Source: Myxococcota bacterium
GTDB lineage: Bacteria; Myxococcota_A; UBA9160; UBA6930
NCBI GenBank assembly: GCA_965223415.1
Contig: OZ245002.1
Coordinates: 4,384,001-4,448,000 of the forward strand
Direction of reading: 5' to 3'
DNA length: 64,000 bases
The notes below the pieces were generated by a model that saw only the letters and a list, made by a program, of their open reading frames with translations, ran no database searches and had not been told where the DNA came from. Position numbers and translations under genes: made by a program. Of the stretch, positions 40,052 to 52,447 are shown in pieces (positions within the stretch are counted from its first letter, which is position 1; each line of letters begins with the position of its first letter).

Positions 40052-40845
40052 CCGGCGATCCGCCGCCAGTCCAGGGCGAAACGCGCCAGGGCGTAGGCCA
40101 CGAGGGCGACGCCGACGAAGTAGACGAGGTTCGCCAGGTTGACGATGCCCTCGGCGAAGATCGAGTAGCGGGGGTGGATCGAGATGGCGTCGAAGAAGCG
40201 GGCCACGCCCTCCGCCTCGCGCAGGAACGGTGTGAGCCAGCTCCAATCCCACAGCACGAAGCCCACCGCCCAGGAGGCCACCACGGCGATGAGCTGGCTT
40301 GAGGTCCAGGCGGAGCACACCAGGCCGATCGATGCCAGGGAGATCGCCAGCAGCGTGAGCCCCATGAACACCGAGAACAGGTGCTGGAGCCCGATTCCGC
40401 CCTGGAGGATCGCGAGCGCCGGGTAGACGAAGCTCGCGAGCATGGCGACGACGACGAAGAGGTAGGTCACGGCGAACTTCCCGAGCACGATCTCGTGGTG
40501 GGAGAGCCGCGTCGTCACCAGCAGCTCGTCGGTGCCGCGCGCCCGCTCCTCGGCGAAGACGCGCATCGTGATCATGGGGATCACGGCGATCAGCGTGATG
40601 CCGAGGTTCTCCATCACCGGGAAGAAGACCGTGTCGCGCAGGTTCACGTGGTCCGGAATCGTGTCGGTCTCGAAGCCGCCCATGGTCGACGACTGGAACA
40701 GGAACAGGATCTGGTTGTAGGCGCGCAGGTGATCGAAGAAGATCAGGCCCGCCACGAGCACGACGAGGGTGAGCACCAGGTAGGCGAGGGGGGAGCCGAA
40801 CAGGACGAGGAGCTCCTTGCGCATCAGGGCGCGGAGCCGGCTCAC
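40048..40845 (-). CDS. ABC-2 type permease (GldF-like)
   Basis: RKEL..LFGSPLAY, PMITMRVFAEERARGTDELL, IVLGKF. Confidence 0.88.
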   Translation of the reverse strand: MSRLRALMRKELLVLFGSPLAYLVLTLVVLVAGLIFFDHLRAYNQILFLFQSSTMGGFETDTIPDHVNLRDTVFFPVMENLGITLIAVIPMITMRVFAEERARGTDELLVTTRLSHHEIVLGKFAVTYLFVVVAMLASFVYPALAILQGGIGLQHLFSVFMGLTLLAISLASIGLVCSAWTSSQLIAVVASWAVGFVLWDWSWLTPFLREAEGVARFFDAISIHPRYSIFAEGIVNLANLVYFVGVALVAYALARFALDWRRIAG

Positions 40846-41615
40846 GCTGCGTGCTCCCCGCGGAAGAGCGCCAGGGGGTCGTTGCCGCCCAGCACCTCCG
40901 CCGTCGCGCCCTCGGTCACCAGGGCTCCCCGGTGCAGCACGGCGGCCCGCTCGCTCAGCGCTCGCGCCTCCGAGAGATCGTGGGTGCAGAGGATCAGCGT
41001 GTGTCGGCCGTGCAGCCCCCGCAGCACGCGGCGCACCTCCTCCTGCTGGAGCGGATCGAGGCCGCTCGTCGGCTCGTCGACGATCAGGAGCGGCGGGTCG
41101 AGCAGGAAAGCCTGGGCCAGGGAGACCCGCTGCTGGAAGCCCTTCGAAAGCTGGCCGATCCAGCGCCCGGCCACGTCCTCCAGCGAGAAGCGCTCGATCA
41201 CCCGCTCGATGGCGGCGTCCAGGTCTCCGCCGCCGAGATCCCGCGCCGCGCCCGCGAAGCGCAGGAAGGCGCGGACGCGCAGGTCCGGATAGATGCGCGA
41301 GGTCTCCGGCACGTAGCCCAGGCGGCGGCGCACCTCGGCCGGCTCGCCGGCCGGCGAGAAGCCGTCGACCCGCACTTCGCCGCCCGAGGGCAGCAGCACG
41401 CCGGTCACGAGGCGGATGAACGTGGTCTTGCCGGCGCCGTTCGCTCCCAGCAGGCCGAAGGCCTGGCCCGGCTCGATCTCCAGGTCGAGGTGGTCCAGGG
41501 CCACGTGGCTGCCGAAACGGCGCGAGACCGCGCGCGCGGCGACGTGGGCCCCCTTCTCGGCAGCGTCCGCTCGCTCCGACGCCGCGCCGGTCTTCCCCTG
41601 TTCCTCGCTGCTCAC
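40842..41615 (-). CDS. ABC transporter ATP-binding protein (GldA-like)
   Basis: GANGAGKTT, LSKGFQQR, IVDEPTSGLDP, TH. Confidence 0.92.
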   Translation of the reverse strand: MSSEEQGKTGAASERADAAEKGAHVAARAVSRRFGSHVALDHLDLEIEPGQAFGLLGANGAGKTTFIRLVTGVLLPSGGEVRVDGFSPAGEPAEVRRRLGYVPETSRIYPDLRVRAFLRFAGAARDLGGGDLDAAIERVIERFSLEDVAGRWIGQLSKGFQQRVSLAQAFLLDPPLLIVDEPTSGLDPLQQEEVRRVLRGLHGRHTLILCTHDLSEARALSERAAVLHRGALVTEGATAEVLGGNDPLALFRGEHAA

Positions 41616-41706
41616 TCTGTCGGGCCCCGCTTGCCCATGGTACGCCGGCCAGTGGGCCCGCGTTTCACCGTACGGGAGGACACCGTGACGCTGCCGGCCG
41701 ATCCAC

Positions 41707-42990
41707 TCACAGCCGCTCCAGCACCTCGAAGAAGTCGGGCCAGGTCTTGGCGACGCAGCCCGGGTCCCGGATGGCCACCTCGGGCACCCGCAGCCCGGCC
41801 AGGGCGAAGGACATGGCCATGCGGTGGTCGTCGTAGGTCTCGATCGCCGCGCCGTGGAGCGGGGCCGGCGCGACGCGCAGCCAGTCCGGCCCCACCTCGG
41901 CCCCGGCGCCCAGCCGGCGCAGCTCGGTGCGCAGGGCGGCGAGGCGGTCCGTCTCCTTCAGCGGCAGGTGGCCGAGCCCGGTGACCGTGGTCGGGCCGTC
42001 GGCGAAGAGCGCCACGACTGCGAGGGCGAGGACGGCGTCGGGGAAGGCGTTGCCGTCCACCTCCGTGCCGCGCAGCGGGCGGTCCGGGGGGCGGCGCACG
42101 ACCACCGCCTCCGGGCGGCGCTCCACGGTGCAGCCCATCGCCTCGAGCACGTCGAGGAGCAGGAGATCGGTCTGGCGGGAGTGGGCCGGGATGCCTTCGA
42201 CCGTCACCTCGCCGCCGGCGATGGCCGCGGCGCAGAAGGGGTAGACCGCGGACTGGGCGTCGGGCTCGACGGCGTAGCGGCACGGCTGGTAGCCCTTCGC
42301 CGCGACGACCAGGCCGGCGCCGCCCCGCCAGGCCACCTCGGCGCCGAAGGCCCGCATCACCTCCAGGGTGAGCTCGACGAAGGGGCGGGAGACGAGCTGG
42401 CCGTCGGCCAGGGCGAGCTCCACGTCGCGGGAGGCGCAGGGCGCCGCCAGGAGCAGGCCCGAGACGAACTGGCTCGAGCGGCTGGCGTCGATGGTCGCGC
42501 GTCCCCCCGGCAGGCCGCCGCCCGCGATGCGCAGCGGGGGACAGCCGTCGCGGCCGAGGACCTCGACCGGCGCGCCCAGGGCGCCCAGCGCCGTCACCAG
42601 CTCCTGGATGGGGCGCGCTCGCATGCGCGGGGTGCCGTCCAGCTCCGAGGGGCCGTCCGCCAGGGTCGCCACCGCCGTCAGGAAGCGCGCCGTCGTTCCG
42701 GAGGCGCCCACGTCGAGCCGTCCCGACGCGATCAGGCGGCCTCCGCGGCCTTGCACGCTCCAGGCCTCGCGGCCGCGGGCCACATCGATGCCGAGGGCTG
42801 CGAGCCCGTGGGCCATGGCGAGGGTGTCGTCGCTCCCGGTCGCCCCCAGGAGCCGGCTCGTTCCCGGGGCCAGGGCCGCCGCCACCAAGGCGCGGTTGGT
42901 GATGCTGCGGGAGCCGGGCGGGCGAAGCCGCGCCTCCAGGGGGCCGCGGGGTCGCACGGGGAGGGGATCGGGAAGACGGGACGCGACCAT
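41707..42990 (-). CDS. aroA: 3-phosphoshikimate 1-carboxyvinyltransferase
   Basis: PGSRSITNRAL, GASGTTARF, SSQFVSGLL, KETDRL, YDDHRMAM, CVAKTWPDF. Confidence 0.95.
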   Translation of the reverse strand: MVASRLPDPLPVRPRGPLEARLRPPGSRSITNRALVAAALAPGTSRLLGATGSDDTLAMAHGLAALGIDVARGREAWSVQGRGGRLIASGRLDVGASGTTARFLTAVATLADGPSELDGTPRMRARPIQELVTALGALGAPVEVLGRDGCPPLRIAGGGLPGGRATIDASRSSQFVSGLLLAAPCASRDVELALADGQLVSRPFVELTLEVMRAFGAEVAWRGGAGLVVAAKGYQPCRYAVEPDAQSAVYPFCAAAIAGGEVTVEGIPAHSRQTDLLLLDVLEAMGCTVERRPEAVVVRRPPDRPLRGTEVDGNAFPDAVLALAVVALFADGPTTVTGLGHLPLKETDRLAALRTELRRLGAGAEVGPDWLRVAPAPLHGAAIETYDDHRMAMSFALAGLRVPEVAIRDPGCVAKTWPDFFEVLERL

Positions 42991-43180
42991 GGCCGCCGAC
43001 CGTAGGCAAGCCCCCTCCGCGTTGACACCCCCGGGGCCGTCGGCCACCCTCCTTCCTCTGGTGGGTCTCGGCGGCCCGCGCGCCGCCCCCGCCCCGGGGC
43101 CGTGCCGGGCGCGCGCGACCCCCGACCGACCCCGGCACCGCTCTGGCCGGAGTCCAAGAAGCCCCACTCGAGGAGAGACC

Positions 43181-46059
<2,879 letters not shown>

Positions 46060-46074
46060 GCTCCGGGGGCCGGG

Positions 46075-47067
46075 ATGAAGAAGCTCCTCGCTTCGCTGGT
46101 CGTGCTCGGGGTCGGCGCGCTCGCCCTGCTGGGCCTGGCGCTGCGCGCGCCAGCGCCCCCGGCCGCTCCGGAGCGGGGCTTCGCGCTGGCCGGCGTGAAC
46201 CTGGTCGAGCCCGGCGGCAGCCGGCGCGAAGCGACGACGCTGCGGGTCGAAGGGGGTCGGATCGAGGCGATCGGCGAACGGGAGGCCGGGGCCGACGAGC
46301 GCTTCGCCGGCGCGACCGTGCTGCCCGGATTGACCGACATGCACGTGCACTTCCCGGCGCTCGGCCTGCCCGGCGACGACGCCTACACCGGCCTGCTGCT
46401 CCTCGCCCACGGCGTCACGACCGTGCGGATCGCGGGCGGCACGGCGCCGGAAGACGCCGGACGCCTGCGTGCCGAGAGCAGGGCAGGCCGCCTGCCGTTT
46501 CCGCGGGTCTTCTCCTGCGGCCGCTGGCTCGACGGCCCGGAGCCGGTGCTGCCGGGCGGCCGTGCCGACCCGGTGCGCTTCATGACCGACGCGGACTTCG
46601 CCATGGTCGAGCGCGCCTTCCGACGCATGCAGTGGACCGCCGGCCGCCTCCACGCCGCCGGCATCCCGCTCCACACAGGCACCGACTGCAATGCGCCCAA
46701 CGTGGTGCCGGGCGCGAGCCTGCACCGCGAGCTCGAGCTGCTGGTCGGCGCCGGCCTGGTGCCCGAGCAGGCGCTGGCCCTCTCGACCCGGGCCTCGCCG
46801 GCGTTCCTGGGCGTCGAGGGAGCGGGCAGCCTGCTTCCCGGTGCGCCCGCGGACCTGGCGATCTTCCGGGAGGATCCGACGCGGGACATCGCGGCCCTCG
46901 CGACGCTCCGCGCCGTGGTTCGCGACGGTCGTCTCTACACGCGGGAAGAGCTCGAGGCCCGCCTCGCGGGGTACCGCCGCCACTACGAAGGCGCGGGCTT
47001 CCAGGGCATCGTCATGCCCACCCTGCGAGCGGGCCTGCGTGGCCTCGTCGCCTGGCTGCGCGACTAG
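46075..47067 (+). pseudogene. amidohydrolase family protein with apparent internal deletion
   Basis: PGLTDMHVH and HGVTTVR N-terminal part is joined near 46555 almost directly to the GTD...PG.SLHRELELL C-terminal part. Confidence 0.55.
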
Positions 47068-47473
47068 CAATCCAGCCGCGACCGCCACCGACGCGGGTGG
47101 CGAGTGTCTCGGCTCGCGGTCTTCCTCCCAGACCTCGAGCACCCGGCGGCACGGCCGGGCCGATCTTCCATGAGTGAGGCCGGTGGTCCCCTCGGCCCTT
47201 CTCTTCACTCACCCCGCCGGCGCATCTCGCTCCCGGCAGGTCGGACGATCGCAACGACGCTCGCCTCCCGCGGCCCCCGCCCCGGTCTCCTCTGGCTCTC
47301 CACTGCGCCAAGGCCAGCGCCTCCAGATTCGACCGCGACGGGGTAGGGGGTGGCATGTCCAGCACCCTACTCGAAGAAAAAGCGAAAATCAACACGAAAA
47401 CTGCAGGGCAGGCGAAAATGGTCGCCGTCGACAGTCCCAGGGCCGGTTGGTACTCCAGACCAGGACGGGATTC

Positions 47474-47546
47474 GGGCCGTTAGCTCAACTGGTAGAGCAG
47501 GGGGCTTTTAACCCTCGGGTTCTGGGTTCGAGTCCCAGGCGGCCTA
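47474..47546 (+). tRNA. tRNA-Lys (anticodon UUU)
   Basis: Cloverleaf: GGGCCGT/GCGGCCT acceptor, GCTC/GAGC D-arm, CT-TTT-AA loop, CTGGG-TTCGAGT-CCCAG T-arm; followed by CCG, not CCA. Confidence 0.95.
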
Positions 47547-47563
47547 CCGTTCGGCCTCGCCGA

Positions 47564-48196
47564 ATGACGAAGACGATTCGCACCGAGCTTCCTCCTGGAT
47601 TCCTCGCCGCCAAGGCGCGGATGACGCGCCGCTACCTGGCCCACTCGGATCCGCGTCAGCAATCCGGGTTCGGAGGGGGCGCAGAGCGCTGGGCCAACGA
47701 GCGGCGGCCCATCCTCGGGCCGGTCGACCGCGACGGGAGCCTCCTCGATCTCGGCTGCGCCAACGGGTACCTGCTCGAGTGCCTCGTGGCGTGGGCCGCG
47801 GAGGATGGCTTCGAGCTCGAGCCCCACGGCGTCGACCAGTGTGAGGAGCTGATCGAGCTCGCGCGGCAGCGGCACACGCGCTTCGCCTCCCATTTCCACA
47901 CGGACGACGTCTGGTCGTGGGAGCCGCCGCGCCGCTTCACCCATGTGTACACGCTGGCCGACGTTGTCCCGGAGACGCATCTGCAGGCCTACCTGCAACG
48001 ACTGCTGGATCGCGCCGTCGAGCCCGACGGCACGCTGATCGTGGGCTCCTACGGCAGCCACTCGCGGGGGCTCCGTCCCCTTGAGCTCGAGGCGCTCCTG
48101 CGCCGGTACGGCCTCGAAGTCGCGGGCTCCGTTCGAGCGGGGCCGGACGAGGTGGTGCGCTTCGCCTGGGTCACCCGACCCCGGGTGGTACGATGA
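47564..48196 (+). CDS. class I SAM-dependent methyltransferase
   Basis: LLDLGCANGYLLE motif I, GVD. Confidence 0.8.
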   Translation: MTKTIRTELPPGFLAAKARMTRRYLAHSDPRQQSGFGGGAERWANERRPILGPVDRDGSLLDLGCANGYLLECLVAWAAEDGFELEPHGVDQCEELIELARQRHTRFASHFHTDDVWSWEPPRRFTHVYTLADVVPETHLQAYLQRLLDRAVEPDGTLIVGSYGSHSRGLRPLELEALLRRYGLEVAGSVRAGPDEVVRFAWVTRPRVVR

Positions 48197-48218
48197 GGCT
48201 CCAGCCGGAGGATTCCCG

Positions 48219-48632
48219 ATCCGCATCGCACGCTGGCTCCTCGGCGGAGCCGCCATCCTGGTCGTCGCCTTCTTCGGCCTGGTGCTCCTCGCATCGGAGT
48301 CGGGGGAGGTGGTCACCCTGCGAACGAGGGCCCCGGACGGCGGAACGGTCACGACGCGGCTCTGGGTCGTCGACCACGCCGGCTCCGAATGGGTCCGGAC
48401 CGGGCACCCCGGGAAGGGCTGGTTCACCCACGTCGTCGAGGATCCCCGCGTCGATTTGGAGCGCGCCGGCTCCCGCAGCGCCCGGCTCGCCGTCCCGGTG
48501 CGCGAGGGCCCGGTCGTCGGCGAGGTCAACGGGGCGTTCACCTCGAAGTACGGTGTGGCCGACGCGATCGTGGCGCTCTCGGGGGACGCGAGCCTGCGCG
48601 TGCCGGTGCGGCTCGACCCGGAGCCCCCGTGA
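48219..48632 (+). CDS. membrane-anchored split-barrel (nitroreductase/DUF2255-like) protein
   Basis: TM segment, then EVVTLRT...TRLWVVD...W...DPRV...KYG; the best-placed start is a non-canonical ATC. Confidence 0.6.
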   Translation: MRIARWLLGGAAILVVAFFGLVLLASESGEVVTLRTRAPDGGTVTTRLWVVDHAGSEWVRTGHPGKGWFTHVVEDPRVDLERAGSRSARLAVPVREGPVVGEVNGAFTSKYGVADAIVALSGDASLRVPVRLDPEPP

Positions 48633-49060
48633 GCGGCGACCTCCGCCCGCTCGTCCACGCCGCGCGCGACGCGCTCCGGAATGCCTATGCCCCGTACTCG
48701 AAGGTCCGCGTCGGGGCGGCTGTCCGGTCGGCGGCGGGAGCCACGTACACGGGCTGCAACGTCGAGAACGTCTCGTTCTCCTCGAGCGCCTGCGCCGAAC
48801 GCAACGCGATCGCAGCTGCGGTGTGCGCGGAGGGCCCGGGCTTCGAGCTCGAGGCGATTGCCGTCGTGGCGCTGACGGGCGACGGCCAGTCCATCCCCCT
48901 GTCGCCGTGCGGTGCGTGCCGCCAGGTGATCGCCGAGTTCGGCGATGCAGCGCAGGTCGTCACCGAGGGCGCTTCCGGCGAGGTGCGGAGCCTCGCGATC
49001 GCCGAGCTGCTGCCACACCCGGTCGCGTACGCGCCATCGCCGGGGCGGGAGATGCCATGA
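48629..49060 (+). CDS. cdd: cytidine deaminase
   Basis: AYAPYS..VGAAV, GCNVEN, CAERNAI, PCGACRQVIAEF. Confidence 0.93.
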   Translation: MSGDLRPLVHAARDALRNAYAPYSKVRVGAAVRSAAGATYTGCNVENVSFSSSACAERNAIAAAVCAEGPGFELEAIAVVALTGDGQSIPLSPCGACRQVIAEFGDAAQVVTEGASGEVRSLAIAELLPHPVAYAPSPGREMP

Positions 49061-49713
49061 CCCACTTCGAAGACCTCGCGTCCCTCCTCACCCCCGAGAA
49101 GCTCCCCTATCCGAGCGGCGTCGAGCGCCTTCCGGACGGGATCCTGCACGTGGCCGTGCTGACGCGGATGCCCGGCGTCACGCCCGCCATGATCGAGTGG
49201 TGGTTCGGTGACTACATGGAGACGACCGAGCACTACCGGCGCTGGCATCCCCGCGACCACGTGTGGATGGACTGGGAGGACAAGGAGCCGGGAACCCATG
49301 TCGGCGCGAAGCACCTCGTGCACGAGTACATCGGCGGGCGCATGAACAAGCTGCGGATCTCCTTCGTGCCGCCGGAGGAGTTCGGCTTCGGGGCGGTGCG
49401 GCAGGTGCCGGGTGCTGCCGCGATCTGTGCGCGGGCGGGCCTCCTGGACCGTCCGATCGACCTCGGGCGGATGGTGCACCTGGCGTTGCCGAGGTCGTGG
49501 GGCTGCGAGCTGCACAGCCGGTTCTGGCTGGGCTACGTGCGCTCGCGGGGGGGATCCGGCCGGCTCGACGCGCTCGCCAACCGCCCCTGGGTGCGCCGGC
49601 TCGCGACGCGCGTCTCCTCGGGACGCGCTCTGCTCGTGCACTGCCACGAGGAGATGACGACCCTTGCGGGGTTCCTCCCGGATCTCTACGCATCGGAGTC
49701 GAAGGCGTCGTAG
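49057..49713 (+). CDS. PhlG/DAPG hydrolase family protein
   Basis: MPGVTPAMIEWWF, YRRWHPRDH, HLVHEYIG, SRFWLG, HCHEEM..LA.FLP.LY. Confidence 0.8.
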   Translation: MTHFEDLASLLTPEKLPYPSGVERLPDGILHVAVLTRMPGVTPAMIEWWFGDYMETTEHYRRWHPRDHVWMDWEDKEPGTHVGAKHLVHEYIGGRMNKLRISFVPPEEFGFGAVRQVPGAAAICARAGLLDRPIDLGRMVHLALPRSWGCELHSRFWLGYVRSRGGSGRLDALANRPWVRRLATRVSSGRALLVHCHEEMTTLAGFLPDLYASESKAS

Positions 49714-49773
49714 TCGCGGCGCGGGTCGCCGGGGAAGGCCGGCCCCCTCCCTGCGGCCATGGGGCCACCTCCC

Positions 49774-50244
49774 ATGACGAACCTGGAAGAGAAGATCGCG
49801 AACGTCTTCGCGCCGGTTCCTCGCCCGGCAGCGGGGAAGCTCCTTCACCCGGACAGTCGGGACCCGGCGGCGATCGTACCCTTCGAGCCGTGGGAATCGT
49901 GGCAGGAGGTCCCGAAAGAGATCCTCTGCCGGCATTGGGACGCGCTCAGCTTCTTCGGCCCCGAGGCGTTCCGCTTCTTCCCGCCGGCCTTCATGGTCGC
50001 GACGCTTCGCCTGTACCGGACGTCGACCGAGTACGTGTCGGACGCGACGGTCTTCGAGCTCCAACCCCACTCGGACTACGCGCGCTCGCGGTATGCCCTC
50101 TTCACACGCAAGGAGTGCGAGGTGGTCGTCGAGTTCCTGGAGCGGATGGCGGCTTCTCCGGAGCACGCGGACGCGGAGGCTGCGAAGTACGCACTCCGGG
50201 AGTTCTGGTCGTCTGCAGCGAGGGGTCGCGGCCGAGGCGCATGA
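49774..50244 (+). CDS. hypothetical protein
   Basis: Coding-like ORF with DALSFFGPEAFRFFPPAFM; start 49759 or 49774. Confidence 0.6.
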   Translation: MTNLEEKIANVFAPVPRPAAGKLLHPDSRDPAAIVPFEPWESWQEVPKEILCRHWDALSFFGPEAFRFFPPAFMVATLRLYRTSTEYVSDATVFELQPHSDYARSRYALFTRKECEVVVEFLERMAASPEHADAEAAKYALREFWSSAARGRGRGA

Positions 50245-50297
50245 GACGGCCCGCCGCCGTGGGCGTGCCGCCCGCCGACCCGCGCTAGCGTCGGGCG

Positions 50298-51473
50298 ATG
50301 AGCGATCGCCTGCGCACCTCCCTCTTCTACCTCCCCTCGATCGGGAGCCGCGCCGAGGTGAGCCGCGGCATGGCCGGGCTGCGGCGAGATCTCTACGGCC
50401 GGATGCTGGACGAGATCGGCGAGCAGGCCCGCCTCGCCGACGATCTCGGCTACGACTCGATCTCCTTCACCGAGCACCACTTCCACGTCGAAGGCTTCGA
50501 GCTCTCGAACAATCCGATCCTGCTCGACCTCTTCGTCGCCATGCAGACGAAGCGCATCCGCGTGGGCCAGCTCGGCATCGTGCTGCCGTCCCAGAACCCG
50601 ATCCGCATCGCCGAGGACATCGCGATGCTCGACCACATGAGCGGAGGGCGTGCCTGTGCCGGCTTCGCGCGGGGCTACCAGCGTCGCTGGGTGGACGTGC
50701 TCGCCCAGCAGACCCACGGCATCCACGGCGCCACGCCCCACGAGCACGACGCTATCGACGAGGCGAACCGGGAGGCCTTCGAGGAGTGCTACCGGCTGAT
50801 CAAGCGCGCCTGGACCGAGGACCTGCTGGACTTCGAGGGGAAGTACTGGCGGGTGCCGGCGGGACCGACGCCCTGGGAGCTGGAGGCGACGCGCACGATG
50901 GGGGGCGGCGTCGCGGACGGTGTGGTTCGCCAGGTCGGGGTGGTGCCGAAGCCGCTGCAGGAGCCCCATCCGCCGATCTTCCAGCCCTTCGCTTCCTCGG
51001 AGCGCAGCATCCGTTGGTGCGCGGAAGAGGGCATCACGGCGGTGCTCCCGCCGCTCCATCCCAGCCTCGAGGCCCGGCTCTTCGAGCTCTACGCGGAGGT
51101 CTCGGGCCGGGCGCTCGGGGAGGGGATCGGCGTGCTGCGCGACGTCGTCGTCGCCGATACCGACGAAGAGGCCCAGGCCCTGTGGCACGACTCGGGCATC
51201 TTCGTCGGCGCCGCCTGGTTCGAGCCCTTCGGCTTCTCGAAGGGGATGGTGGATCCGGCGACCGGCGCGGGCCCCGACATGCTAGGCGAGAGCCTCGCTC
51301 TGGTCGGCTCCGTCGACACGGTCTGCCGCCAGCTCGAGCGGCTCACGGGCCGCCTCCCCGCCCGCTGGCTCTTCGCTTGGACCTACAACGGCTTCATCCC
51401 CCACGACAAGCTGATGCGCTCGATCGAGCGCTTCGCCACCGAGGTCCTCCCGCGCGTGGGCCTCGCCCCCTAG
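50298..51473 (+). CDS. LLM-class flavin-dependent oxidoreductase
   Basis: GYDSISFTEHHF, NPIRIAEDIAMLDHMSGGR, PKPLQEPHPP, IERFATEVLP. Confidence 0.9.
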   Translation: MSDRLRTSLFYLPSIGSRAEVSRGMAGLRRDLYGRMLDEIGEQARLADDLGYDSISFTEHHFHVEGFELSNNPILLDLFVAMQTKRIRVGQLGIVLPSQNPIRIAEDIAMLDHMSGGRACAGFARGYQRRWVDVLAQQTHGIHGATPHEHDAIDEANREAFEECYRLIKRAWTEDLLDFEGKYWRVPAGPTPWELEATRTMGGGVADGVVRQVGVVPKPLQEPHPPIFQPFASSERSIRWCAEEGITAVLPPLHPSLEARLFELYAEVSGRALGEGIGVLRDVVVADTDEEAQALWHDSGIFVGAAWFEPFGFSKGMVDPATGAGPDMLGESLALVGSVDTVCRQLERLTGRLPARWLFAWTYNGFIPHDKLMRSIERFATEVLPRVGLAP

Positions 51474-51574
51474 GGCATTCGCCCGAGTTCCCGTGGCAGC
51501 GGAGCGCGTCCGTTCCCGCTCAAGGCCCCTCGGGCCGCACCCGATAGGGCCGCGAGGGGAGGGGGACGGAGATC

Positions 51575-52447
51575 GTGCGTCATCTGCTCGCGTTCCTGTC
51601 GCTGGGGCGGCCGTGCTTTCCGGACACGCTGAGCGCGGGCGATCCGGTCGAGCGCCACGTCTACATGGAGCTGACCATCGAGCGGCTGGCGGGCGTGGCG
51701 CGTCCGCTCCGGGTGCTCGAGATCGGCAGCTGGCTCGGCTTCTCCGCCCTTACCTGGGCCGAGGCCCTCGCCCGACGCCCCGAGGGCGGCAGGGTCCTGT
51801 GCGTGGATCCCTGGGTTCCCTACCACACCCCGGAAGACGCCCGGACCCTCGAGTTCCCCCAGCGGATGGACGCGGCCCTGCATGCCGACGTGCCCTACCA
51901 CGTCTTCCTCCACAACGTCCGCACGGCGCCGGAGGCGGTGACGATCGATCACCTGCGCGGGCGGTCTCGCGACGTCCTCCCCTACCTGCGCGACGGCTAC
52001 TTCGACGTCGTCTACGTCGACGGCTCCCACTACTACCTGGACGTGCTGGACGATCTGCGCGAAGCCGTCCGGCTCACCGCCTTGGGCGGCATCCTCTGTG
52101 GCGACGACCTGGAGCGCCAGATCGGCGAGAGCGATGCCGCCCGCGGCATCGAGGGCGTGAGCGAAGAAGAGGTGCTCCGCGACGGCGGTACCGACACGAA
52201 ACTGCTCGAGAACGACGGCTTCTATCACCCCGGGGTCACCCGGGCGGTGGCCGAGGTGCTCGGCCGCGTCCCCTGCTGGGACGGCTTCTGGGCGGTGGAG
52301 CGCACGGCGGACGGCGTGTGCGATCTCGCCCTCGCGCCCGGCGAGCCCTTCGTGCCCGGTCACTTCGGCCCCGGTGAGCGCCTCCGCATCCAGGCGCCGG
52401 CGGCGGCCTGGACCTCGCCTTCCCCGCCCCCCGGGAGTCCGACATGA
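51575..52447 (+). CDS. class I SAM-dependent methyltransferase (Methyltransf_24-like)
   Basis: VLEIGSWLGFS, CVDPW, FDVVYVDGSH, GGILCGDD. Confidence 0.85.
   Translation: MRHLLAFLSLGRPCFPDTLSAGDPVERHVYMELTIERLAGVARPLRVLEIGSWLGFSALTWAEALARRPEGGRVLCVDPWVPYHTPEDARTLEFPQRMDAALHADVPYHVFLHNVRTAPEAVTIDHLRGRSRDVLPYLRDGYFDVVYVDGSHYYLDVLDDLREAVRLTALGGILCGDDLERQIGESDAARGIEGVSEEEVLRDGGTDTKLLENDGFYHPGVTRAVAEVLGRVPCWDGFWAVERTADGVCDLALAPGEPFVPGHFGPGERLRIQAPAAAWTSPSPPPGSPT

Noticed and set aside
43133..43147. Possible sigma-54 promoter before serA (CGGCAC-N5-TGGC)
   Set aside because: The -12 element deviates and such matches arise easily in GC-rich DNA
47068..47473. Structured ncRNA or riboswitch in the 400-bp spacer before the tRNA
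   Set aside because: Only weak hairpins and an A-rich promoter-like tract; no recognisable RNA family
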